Source: Blastocatellia bacterium
GTDB lineage: Bacteria; Acidobacteriota; Blastocatellia; UBA7656
Direction: 5' to 3'
DNA length: 64,000 nucleotides
NCBI GenBank assembly: GCA_035249305.1
Contig: DATFGQ010000084.1
Coordinates: forward strand, 3,156-67,155
In this document: piece by piece, positions 30,077 to 37,927 of the stretch
How the letters are laid out: each line of letters opens with the position of its first letter
Numbering within the stretch: the first letter of the stretch is position 1
Notes under the pieces: generated by a model
The model's input: only the letters and a program-made list of their open reading frames with translations
What the model was told of the DNA's origin: nothing
The model's database searches: none
Program-made: the position numbers and the translations under genes

Positions 30077-31270
30077 TCAGTTCCTTCGCTTGCGCGTGCT
30101 TCTGGCGGGCGCTTTGGCCGCGGGCTTCTTCACCGGCGCGGCCGTCGCGGAGGCCGTGCTGCCGGGCGCGGCGGTCATCTTGTTTGTCGCCGCGACGTTC
30201 GTGCTGGTCGGCGGGACGGCTCCGTTTGCCGGCGGCGCACCGGCGCTTGCCCCTTCGTTCGGTTTGGTGGCCGCGGCGGGAGCCGGCGGCGGAGTCGTAG
30301 CGCCCGAGCGGTAATGATCGATCAGCTTCTGCAATCCATCGGGCGATTCCGGGTGGCGATACTTGTAGAGGTCCGTGAGCGCCTTCATCACCTGATCGCG
30401 CACGGGACCGAAGTCGTTCTTGGTCGCCGTCATCCCCAAGAACCTCGCCCAGCAATCGATGACGGCGTCGGCCGTCTTGTTCACGTCTTCGAGCGCGGCC
30501 TTCACTTCAGGCTTGGGCTCGGGCGCGGTCTTCTCGGCTTCAGGCACGGCCTGGTATTTTTCGACGGCCTTCAGATACCTGTCCTGGTGTATGCGGCCGC
30601 AGGCTAAGAAGTGCGCGGCGTTCGTGGGCTCAAGCGTCCCGGCTTTCACGTGGTACTCAAGCGCCTTGTCCGCGTTCTTGTTCTTCTCTTCGATGATGGC
30701 GAGTGTCTGATAGAGGTAGGCGAGGGCTTCGTTCTGCTTCCAGTTCTGAACACCCGTGGGCTTCTTGCCCGCCTCGATGAGCTTGATGGCGCGCTGCGTA
30801 AAGTCCGTGGCCTCGGCGGCGTGCGAGAAGTTAGCCGGATTGCCCAACAGCTCGTTGGTCCGTATGTTGACCGACACGAGGTAGATGTAGTCGAGATTCT
30901 CCGGGTTGACGGCGAGCGCCTCGTTCGCGATCTCAATCATGCCCTGGGTGTTCTTCTTCTTCAGCTCCTCGTTGAAGAGAAACCCGAGCACCTGCGGTAT
31001 CCATTTATCTTTAAGGTAGGAGGCGTACTGGCCCGACGGATATTTTTCAAGGTAAACCTTGGCCAGCCCCATCGCCGTGCGATAATCGTCTGGGCTCTTG
31101 CTGGCGCCCGCGGCCTGATTGGCTTCATACCATGCCTTATAAGCAGCCGCCTCTTCCGCCTTGGGGTCCTGCGCGGCGTCCTGTGACCAGTTAGCATGCG
31201 CTGATGTGAGGGGCGTGAACAGCGCGAGCGTAAAAGCGAGCGCCGCAATCATCATCACCGATCTTTTCAT
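30077..31270 (-). CDS. Secreted helical-repeat (TPR-like) protein with an Ala/Pro-rich basic tail, hypothetical
   Basis: Has the signal peptide MKRSVMMIAALAFTLALFTPLTSAHA and the RBS aggagg (31281-31286, minus strand). The low-complexity C-terminus is ..TTPPPAPAAATKPNEGASAG..KKPAAKAPARSTRKRRN. Confidence 0.6.
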   Translation of the reverse strand: MKRSVMMIAALAFTLALFTPLTSAHANWSQDAAQDPKAEEAAAYKAWYEANQAAGASKSPDDYRTAMGLAKVYLEKYPSGQYASYLKDKWIPQVLGFLFNEELKKKNTQGMIEIANEALAVNPENLDYIYLVSVNIRTNELLGNPANFSHAAEATDFTQRAIKLIEAGKKPTGVQNWKQNEALAYLYQTLAIIEEKNKNADKALEYHVKAGTLEPTNAAHFLACGRIHQDRYLKAVEKYQAVPEAEKTAPEPKPEVKAALEDVNKTADAVIDCWARFLGMTATKNDFGPVRDQVMKALTDLYKYRHPESPDGLQKLIDHYRSGATTPPPAPAAATKPNEGASAGAPPANGAVPPTSTNVAATNKMTAAPGSTASATAAPVKKPAAKAPARSTRKRRN

Positions 31271-31555
31271 TTAGTAAAACTCCTCCTAAGCTATTTTACT
31301 CTGAGCGCGCGTCGACAGCCGAAACCTTTGGCAAGATCATACGGCTTGATTAGCTGCTGAATTGGTCCAACTCTGGGATGCACGCGTGCAGTTCGGAGTT
31401 GCTGACCGTTGAGCAAGGATAAAGCTCTCTTTCATGGTGGCACGCGCCGAAGTTGCTTGTCAAGCAAAGCGGCCCTGGACTAAGCCACACACCGTCGAAA
31501 ATATGAACCGCTCATATCCGGGGCCGCTCTATCAGACATGAAATCGATATTACGT

Positions 31556-33298
31556 TCAACGGGGCGGGCCCGGATTGATCCCGTCGCCTGAAGCCGTCAG
31601 CCGCGCGAAGAATCTGTGAAGCTCTGGGTCGCGCGCTAACAGCTCGCGATTCGTGTGCCGCGCCGTCACCCCCGCGCCGGGCCGCTTGCGGTTAGAGATG
31701 AAGGCTTCGTACCCCTGTGCGAAATACTCGTACTCGTTGGCGGCCGCGTAGTAGTCGAGCGTGCTCCCCGTGCGGCGCGCGCGCTCGTAGAGGTTGCGGA
31801 CCTCGCGCGCGTCCTCGCGGCTCAAGGCCGTCAGGTGTACCTGGTGCGCGAACTCGTGAGCTATCGTGTGGAAACCGCCGCGCGCGGCCGTCTCGATGTA
31901 CTCGATGCCCGAGACCGTTATGCGCCCGCCGACCCCGCGTATGCTCGCGTAATAGCGCCCGTCGAACGTCTTCTCTTTGGCCACGTCGTCAAACTCGCGG
32001 ATGTCGCTCACTGCCTGGTCGAAGGCCATCAGGTAGTGGCGCGCGCCCGCGGCGGCCAACCGCGGCAGGAACTGCGCCAGCGGCGCGACCGCGCGGTCGA
32101 TTACGATCTGCTGGCGGCGGGTGAGCGATTTATAGTTGGGGAAGATCTCTGGGGTCAGCTCAAGACTGGGCGGCGCGGGCTCGTCGTAAAAGAGCTTCGC
32201 GAAATCGGTCGCGCCAATCTCTATGCGCGCGCGCTCCTGCAACCCTTGACAGGCGTAGCTCAGCTCCAGGTGCGCGAGCGCCCCCTCGGGGTCTACGGCG
32301 ACGGCCGCGCGTGCGGCGCGCGCGGCCCTCTCGTACTCGCCGACCCTGAGCCACACGTCGCCCATCGCGACGAGCGCGCGGTAATAACTCGGCTCGACCG
32401 CTAGCGCCGCTTCAAACTTCGCGAGCGCTTCCGACAGCCTCCCCTCCTGCTTTAGCGCGAGGCCGCGCTCGTAATGCGCGCGCGCCTCGGGGCGGACCTT
32501 CTGATCTAAACCCGCGCGGCCGTCCAGGTATTGAGAGAGCAGCCGGCGCGCGCCTACGTTGAGCGGGTCGAGCGCGACGGCGCGTTCGGCCAGCTCTCGC
32601 GCCTCTTTCGGCTTCCGCTCCGTCGCACGCACAAACGCGAGCGCGTAGAGGCCGCCCGTGTCGTAAGCGTCGAGCCTGATCGCCTGCTCGGCCGCGCGGG
32701 CGGCTTCGCGGGTGTTGTTGCTTTCAAGCATCACGCGCGCGAGCAGGTCAAACGCACGGGCGCTGGGCGGGTTGTCGGCGAGGTGGCGGCGGACGCGCGC
32801 TTCGGCGTTTCTGTAATCACGTTCGAGAAGATCGACTCCCGCCCGCCCGAGTTGAATCGCGTTTGAAGTTGGTCCGAGCTTAGCCGCTCTCTCAAAATAG
32901 TCGAGCGCGCGCCGGGGCTCTTCGGCGGCAAGGTGGAGAGCCCCATATTCGATCAGAACTTCCGCCGACGCCGGGTGGAGCCGCGCCGCGCGGTCGAGCA
33001 AGCCGACGGCACCGGCGTAATCGAATCTCGCCCGCGCTACACGGGCGAGCCCCGTCAGTGCTTCAAGGTTTGCGGGGTCAAGCCTGACCGCCTCGCGAAA
33101 CGCAGACTCGGCTGAGGCGAGCTCCCACTTGCGCCGCAGCTCTTCGCCGCGCCTTGCCGACTCGCGCGCGAGCTGTGCGGGAGATAGACCTTGGCCTGAA
33201 GCGGAAGGCGGGACCGATAGCGTAAGCAGGAGGCAAACGTAAAAGCGGATCGCCGCGCTTCGAGCCCATCCATTCGAGATTTGATTTTTGAATTCCAT
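31556..33298 (-). CDS. Secreted TPR-repeat protein with a C-terminal HExxH zinc-metallopeptidase-like domain
   Basis: Has a signal peptide (..LLLTLSVPPSASGQ) and about 8 TPR-like repeats (aa 30-360). The C-terminal module carries FHTIAHEFAHQVH and a downstream EYEYFAQGYEAF. Confidence 0.65.
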   Translation of the reverse strand: MEFKNQISNGWARSAAIRFYVCLLLTLSVPPSASGQGLSPAQLARESARRGEELRRKWELASAESAFREAVRLDPANLEALTGLARVARARFDYAGAVGLLDRAARLHPASAEVLIEYGALHLAAEEPRRALDYFERAAKLGPTSNAIQLGRAGVDLLERDYRNAEARVRRHLADNPPSARAFDLLARVMLESNNTREAARAAEQAIRLDAYDTGGLYALAFVRATERKPKEARELAERAVALDPLNVGARRLLSQYLDGRAGLDQKVRPEARAHYERGLALKQEGRLSEALAKFEAALAVEPSYYRALVAMGDVWLRVGEYERAARAARAAVAVDPEGALAHLELSYACQGLQERARIEIGATDFAKLFYDEPAPPSLELTPEIFPNYKSLTRRQQIVIDRAVAPLAQFLPRLAAAGARHYLMAFDQAVSDIREFDDVAKEKTFDGRYYASIRGVGGRITVSGIEYIETAARGGFHTIAHEFAHQVHLTALSREDAREVRNLYERARRTGSTLDYYAAANEYEYFAQGYEAFISNRKRPGAGVTARHTNRELLARDPELHRFFARLTASGDGINPGPPR

Positions 33299-33309
33299 GC
33301 GGACAGGCT

Positions 33310-33882
33310 TTACTGCGGCGCGTTGTTCGGCTTGAGCCCTACGTCCTCGGCGTTAACGCGAAGCGCGGCGATGATGAAATCGATGTGCTCTCCCAGGTCT
33401 ACGTTCAGTTCCGTCGCCCCTTCGTAGACCTCGTCGCGGTTGACCGTGCGGGCGAAGGCTTTGTCCTTAAGCTTCTTCTTCACCGACCTGGATTCGAGGT
33501 CCCAGATGCCGTTGGGCCGCACCAGCGCGCACGCGACCACGAACCCCGTCAGCTCGTCCGAGGCGTAAAGCGCGCGGGCCAGCAGCGTGTCGCGCGGCAC
33601 GCCCGTGTAGTTGGCGTGTCCCAGTATGGCGCGGCGAATCTCTTCGCTGAAACCGCGCTCTTCGAGTATGCGCGAGCCTATCACCGGATGGTCGGGCGCG
33701 TTCGGGTACATCTCGTAATCGAAGTCGTGGAGCAGACCTACGACGCCCCACTTCTCCTCTTCTTCACCGAACCGCCGGGCGTAGGCGCGCATCACGGCTT
33801 CGACCGCAAGCGCGTGCTTCCTCAGCGAATCGCCTTTCGTGTATTCGCACAGAATATTCCACGCGTCATCTCTTGTAGGCAT
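33310..33882 (-). CDS. HD-domain (HDIG-type) metal-dependent phosphohydrolase
   Basis: Motifs are RKHALAVEAVM..., GLLHDFDYE (the HD dyad) and ILGHANYTG. Length is 190 aa. Confidence 0.75.
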   Translation of the reverse strand: MPTRDDAWNILCEYTKGDSLRKHALAVEAVMRAYARRFGEEEEKWGVVGLLHDFDYEMYPNAPDHPVIGSRILEERGFSEEIRRAILGHANYTGVPRDTLLARALYASDELTGFVVACALVRPNGIWDLESRSVKKKLKDKAFARTVNRDEVYEGATELNVDLGEHIDFIIAALRVNAEDVGLKPNNAPQ

Positions 33883-33898
33883 ATCTGAATCGACTCTC

Positions 33899-34348
33899 TT
33901 AGCCTTGCAGTCTTTCGAGCGCGGTCTGCCCGCCCCAGCGCGCGATGATCTTGTCGTCGTAATCGTCGGCCGTCAGCGCGACGGCCATCACCGACGCTTT
34001 CAGCTCCTCCTTGTCGCACCGCGAGCCGACTATGCCGTGCTCGTAGACGATGTGATCGCCTTCTTCGATGCCGAACGCGCCGAAGTATTTCTGCGCGTTC
34101 TCTTTCAGCAGGTAGGTCATCAGGTCCGGCGTGATCTCGGCGCCGCTCACCACGTAGGCGCGCGTGTTGATGATCGAGTCGTCCTCGCCCCACGGGTAGA
34201 CGGCCACCTGCGCGAGCGCCGAGCCTATGACTATGCCTATGACGGGCGCGTCGGCGCGGACCCTCGTGAAGTGCTCGCCGAATATCTCCTTGAGCCACGG
34301 CAGAACCTTTTCGTAGCACGCTTTTTGCGCTTCGGTTTTGAACTCCAT
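33899..34348 (-). CDS. YbjN-like (T3SS-chaperone-fold) small cytosolic protein
   Basis: The real start is taken at MEFKTEAQKACYEKVLPWL (ATG 34348), 2 nt after the upstream stop. The pattern ..VAVYPWGEDDSIINTRAYVV...LLKENAQKYFGAFGIEEGDHIVYEH...ELKASVMAVALTADDYDDKI matches the YbjN family. The upstream 111 codons of the tracked ORF overlap the Clp-like gene and are Arg-rich shadow sequence. Confidence 0.6.
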   Translation of the reverse strand: MEFKTEAQKACYEKVLPWLKEIFGEHFTRVRADAPVIGIVIGSALAQVAVYPWGEDDSIINTRAYVVSGAEITPDLMTYLLKENAQKYFGAFGIEEGDHIVYEHGIVGSRCDKEELKASVMAVALTADDYDDKIIARWGGQTALERLQG

Positions 34349-34350
34349 CG

Positions 34351-36630
34351 TCACTCGTTCCTTTCGCTGTGTTCGCCGCTGTGGACCTGTATGTCGACGC
34401 CGTCGTATTTCAACAGCAGCGTTTTTATCTCCTGTCCGTCGCGTTCCGGCAGTTGGTGAATCAAAAGCGGGCTGAGGCGCTCGTCGACGAACCGCTCCCA
34501 GTCGCGCTCGTTCGTATAGACGTGCTTCTGCTCCATCAGCCATTCGATCACGCTGTCGTCCCAATGGAGCTTCAGCCCTTGCTTGTGATAGCGGTCCGTA
34601 ATGTCGGACAGCAGGTGTTTCTTGAGCCAGAGGCGCGAAGCCTGATCCGAGGTCAAGACCTCGGCCGAGACAAGGTCGCATTGATCTACCAGCTCCGCGC
34701 CGAGCGCGTGTTCGGCCGCCTGGCGCGCGGTCGAGCGCGATTCTTTAGAGGCGGCGTCCTCCTTATGCCTGAAGCCGGGCACGCGGCGGCGCGACTCGAC
34801 CTTAATGCCCGCCGTGAGCACGACGACCGTGTCGCTCAGATAAATCCGCTTGCCGCGCGCGTCGGTCAAGAAGCCTTCCGACAGCGCGTTGGTGAGCACC
34901 TCCAACACCGCCGGGTGGCAGGCGTCAAGGTTCTCGCACCTCAAAACGCACCACGGCATCTGCGCGACGCGGTGGAGCGGGAGCGTCTCGCTGTAGCCGA
35001 CATATCCGGGCGGCGCGCCTATCAGCATCGTTATGTCGTGCGGCTGGGTGAAGCGGCTGAAGTCTATAGCCACGACGCGCTCGGCCGCGCCGAACAACGA
35101 TTCCGCTATCACGTTGGCGACCGCCTCGCCGTTTTCGGCCACCTCGTCTATGAGAAGGATGGTCGCGTTAGGGCGCGATGGCCTCAGATCGAGCCCGCGC
35201 ATCGTAACCCTCAATCGATTGACGAGCGAGCGCACTTCCTCTTCGGTCAAAAGCGCGCGCTCCAAGAGAGCTTCCTTCAGCGCGCTCTCTCGCTCCTCGA
35301 TCGCGATGGGCATCCCGACGATCCGCTGGGCGACCGTGCGGGCGGTCGTCTGGTCGACGGCCGTCTTGGAGTGAGCTATGGCGTGAGCCACGCACTGCTC
35401 AAGCAGGTCCACGGCCTTGTCTGGGAAGTAGCGGTTGCGCAAAAACCTTGAGGCGAAATCGAGCAGCCAGCCCAGCACGTCGTCCGCCACGCGGACGCCG
35501 CGCGTCGCGGCGTAGTCGTCGCGCAGGGCCGCCAGCACTTCAAGGGTCTGGCCGGCCGTCATCTCCTGAACGCGTATGGGCTGGAAGCGCCGCTCAAGCG
35601 CCGAGTCGGTCTCTATGAAGCGGCGGTACTCGTCGTCGGTCGTGGCCGCGATGCAGGCGAGCCCGCCTCGCGCGAGAGCGGGCTTGAGGAGGCTTGCGAT
35701 GTCGGAGGTGCCTTCGCGCCCGCCCGCGCCCATGATCGAATGGACCTCGTCTATGAACAGGAGTATGGCCTCCTGGCTCGCCTCTTCGATGATCGCCTTC
35801 ATGCGCTTTTCGACTTCGCCGAGCACGCTCGCGCCTGCCACCAAAGTCGATGGTTGTATGGCGAGCAGCCGCGACCCGCGCAGCACTTCGGGCACGTCGC
35901 CGCGCGCTATGCGGTGAGCCAGCCCTTCGACTATCGCGGTCTTCCCCACGCCCGCCGGGCCTACCAGGACGGGGTTGCGTTTCTGGCGGCGGCAGAGCGT
36001 CTCTATCGCGAGCTGGATCTCTTCCTCGCGCCCTACGAAAGGCGGCAGCCGCCCTTCGACGGCTTCGCGCGTGAGGTCGCGGCCGAACTGTTCGAGCGTG
36101 GGCGTAGGCTGTTTTGCGCGCGGCCTGTACTGCAAGACGGCGGGCTCAGCATTATCCTGCGGAGCCTTATCTTGCGGGCCTTCTTTTTGCGGTTGATCGG
36201 GCGGAGGAGTTTCGGCCTGCACCGCAACGGTCGCGGGGGTGGAAGCCGAAGCGGCGGCCGACTCTTCGATCAGAGTGTAGCCGTCGGCGGCGAGTATGAC
36301 GGCCGCAAGGTCGCGTTCGGTAGCCTGCGGCTTGCCGCGCGCGCGGGCTCGCTCTGAGGCAAGGCTCAAGACCGTTTCGCGGGCGAGCGGCTTGCCCGAC
36401 CGGCCTTCATTGAGAGAGTTCTCGATCGCGCCCAGTGTAGTCGTCGCCGCAAGACCCGACGCGAGCGATTCGGCCATAGGCCCGTGGCGCTCAAGCAACG
36501 CGAGCATCCAGTGTGTGACGCACAGCTCCGCGTGGCCCGCCCGCTGCTGCTTTTGCGAGGCGGCCTCCACGAGCCGCTTCGCCCCAGGCGTTATCGCGTC
36601 AAGATTGTCGGCGCTGCTTTCAGACATCAA
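34351..36630 (-). CDS. Atypical Clp/Hsp100-family AAA+ protein: Clp_N domain, intact NBD1, and an NBD2 with degenerate Walker A and B
   Basis: Has Clp_N repeats (aa 10-115). NBD1 Walker A is GPAGVGKT (aa 224-231) and Walker B is LLFIDEVH (aa 290-297). The NBD2-like module retains GAPPGYVGY, but the Walker A position reads LLIDEVAENGEA and the Walker B position reads CVLRCENLDACHP. There is no ClpB-type middle coiled coil. Confidence 0.8.
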   Translation of the reverse strand: MMSESSADNLDAITPGAKRLVEAASQKQQRAGHAELCVTHWMLALLERHGPMAESLASGLAATTTLGAIENSLNEGRSGKPLARETVLSLASERARARGKPQATERDLAAVILAADGYTLIEESAAASASTPATVAVQAETPPPDQPQKEGPQDKAPQDNAEPAVLQYRPRAKQPTPTLEQFGRDLTREAVEGRLPPFVGREEEIQLAIETLCRRQKRNPVLVGPAGVGKTAIVEGLAHRIARGDVPEVLRGSRLLAIQPSTLVAGASVLGEVEKRMKAIIEEASQEAILLFIDEVHSIMGAGGREGTSDIASLLKPALARGGLACIAATTDDEYRRFIETDSALERRFQPIRVQEMTAGQTLEVLAALRDDYAATRGVRVADDVLGWLLDFASRFLRNRYFPDKAVDLLEQCVAHAIAHSKTAVDQTTARTVAQRIVGMPIAIEERESALKEALLERALLTEEEVRSLVNRLRVTMRGLDLRPSRPNATILLIDEVAENGEAVANVIAESLFGAAERVVAIDFSRFTQPHDITMLIGAPPGYVGYSETLPLHRVAQMPWCVLRCENLDACHPAVLEVLTNALSEGFLTDARGKRIYLSDTVVVLTAGIKVESRRRVPGFRHKEDAASKESRSTARQAAEHALGAELVDQCDLVSAEVLTSDQASRLWLKKHLLSDITDRYHKQGLKLHWDDSVIEWLMEQKHVYTNERDWERFVDERLSPLLIHQLPERDGQEIKTLLLKYDGVDIQVHSGEHSERNE

Positions 36631-36726
36631 ATTCTCCCTTTTCAGCTCGACGGCCTGTTAGGCTTTATCGCGGACGACAGGTTTAACACCCCGCGAGTAA
36701 GAATTCAAGCATACTGAAAGCCGATC

Positions 36727-37911
36727 TCATTTCACAAACGAACGGACGATGCCTCGCACGGAGAAGACTTCTCTAGGGTCTACCGTCTCGTTGACTATCC
36801 CCGCGACCAGCTCTTGCAGGAAGCGGCTCTTACGGATGCGGCGCGCAACCAGGTCGTTTAACCAGGGGCGCGAGAGCCAGTCCTGCGCCAGCTCGTAGCC
36901 TAAGAACTTGGGCTTCAGCTCCGCCTCCAGCCGGCGCGGGAATTCCGCGAGGCGATCGAAGTCCTCCTCTTCCAGCGCGCGGCTCGCCACCTGTGCGGCG
37001 ATCTCTCCGGTTTCCATCGCCTTGCCTATCCCTTCGCCCGTGAAGGGGAAGGTCGCGCCGATCGATTCGCCGATGACCATCACGTTGCCCCGCCCCAAAG
37101 ACGCGCTCCCCTTCATCCCGCAGCGCAACCGCGCGCCTCGAAGCGGGGTCATCTCGTCGGCCTGCTTGAAGAGCTCGACCGCCTCGGGGAAACTCGTCTC
37201 GAATACCCGAAAGGTCTCTCTGAGGTTGACCCGCCGATTTCGTTTGCCATAAATAATCCCGCACCCGACATTGTACTCGCCCCCTCCGAGCGGGAATATC
37301 CAGGCGTAGCCGGGCGTGATCGCGCGGTCGTAAGAGATGATGAGCCGGTCGATACGGGTCCGAGACCTCACGTAGCAACGGAGCGCGACGGCCGACGCGC
37401 GTGACTCCGTGACCAGACCCAGCCGCTCGCCAAGCTCTACGCTCGCGCCCGTGGCTATCATCGCGACGCGCGCGCGCGCGGGCTCGTGATCCGTGTCCGA
37501 AGTTATGGTTACTGTCTTGTCCGGTTGAGGCTCTAAGCTTGTGATCTTCGATTGTAAGAATACTGCTCCCGACTCTTCCGCCTTCCGCTTTATCAGATCG
37601 TCGAGCACGTACCGCTTCATCGTCATGTATTCGCCTTCAACGTCGAAGCGTATGCGGGAAGGGCTGTAAACGGTCCCTGTGCCCGTGCGGTAACCGAGCC
37701 TCGCGACCTCCGCGTACAACCCCGCGCGCCTGAGCGCGCCGATCGTGTCGGCGATCAGCCCGTCGCCGCACACCTTGTCTCTAGGAAACTGCTCTTTGTC
37801 TATGAGGAGGACCGAGTGGCCTCGCCGCGCCAGGTGCAGCGCCGCGGTCGAGCCCGCGGGGCCTGCCCCTATGATGGCGGCGTCCCAGACGTGGTTACTT
37901 TCTGCGCCCAA
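36727..37911 (-). CDS. Geranylgeranyl reductase family FAD-dependent oxidoreductase
   Basis: Motifs are DAAIIGAGPAGSTAALHLARRG (FAD-binding GxGxxG), KVCGDGL and IGESIGATFPFTGEGI. Confidence 0.75.
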   Translation of the reverse strand: MGAESNHVWDAAIIGAGPAGSTAALHLARRGHSVLLIDKEQFPRDKVCGDGLIADTIGALRRAGLYAEVARLGYRTGTGTVYSPSRIRFDVEGEYMTMKRYVLDDLIKRKAEESGAVFLQSKITSLEPQPDKTVTITSDTDHEPARARVAMIATGASVELGERLGLVTESRASAVALRCYVRSRTRIDRLIISYDRAITPGYAWIFPLGGGEYNVGCGIIYGKRNRRVNLRETFRVFETSFPEAVELFKQADEMTPLRGARLRCGMKGSASLGRGNVMVIGESIGATFPFTGEGIGKAMETGEIAAQVASRALEEEDFDRLAEFPRRLEAELKPKFLGYELAQDWLSRPWLNDLVARRIRKSRFLQELVAGIVNETVDPREVFSVRGIVRSFVK

Positions 37912-37927
37912 CGATCTCCCTTACTAT

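Noticed and set aside
31436-31460. A TGGCAC...TTGC sigma54-like -24/-12 element, and the 12-bp perfect palindrome tgcacgcgtgca at ~31380-31391, in the 285-nt gap.
   Set aside because: The GG-to-GC spacing is wrong for sigma54, with 9 nt instead of 5 between TGGCAC and TTGC. The element is also on the + strand, where no gene follows. The palindrome alone is too short to call an operator without comparative data.
34349-34681. An N-terminal 111-codon extension of the YbjN-like ORF (tracked as 33899..34681).
   Set aside because: It overlaps the Clp-like gene's 3' end and is composed of Arg/Gly/Ala shadow sequence. The family-like sequence starts at MEFKTEAQ (ATG 34348).
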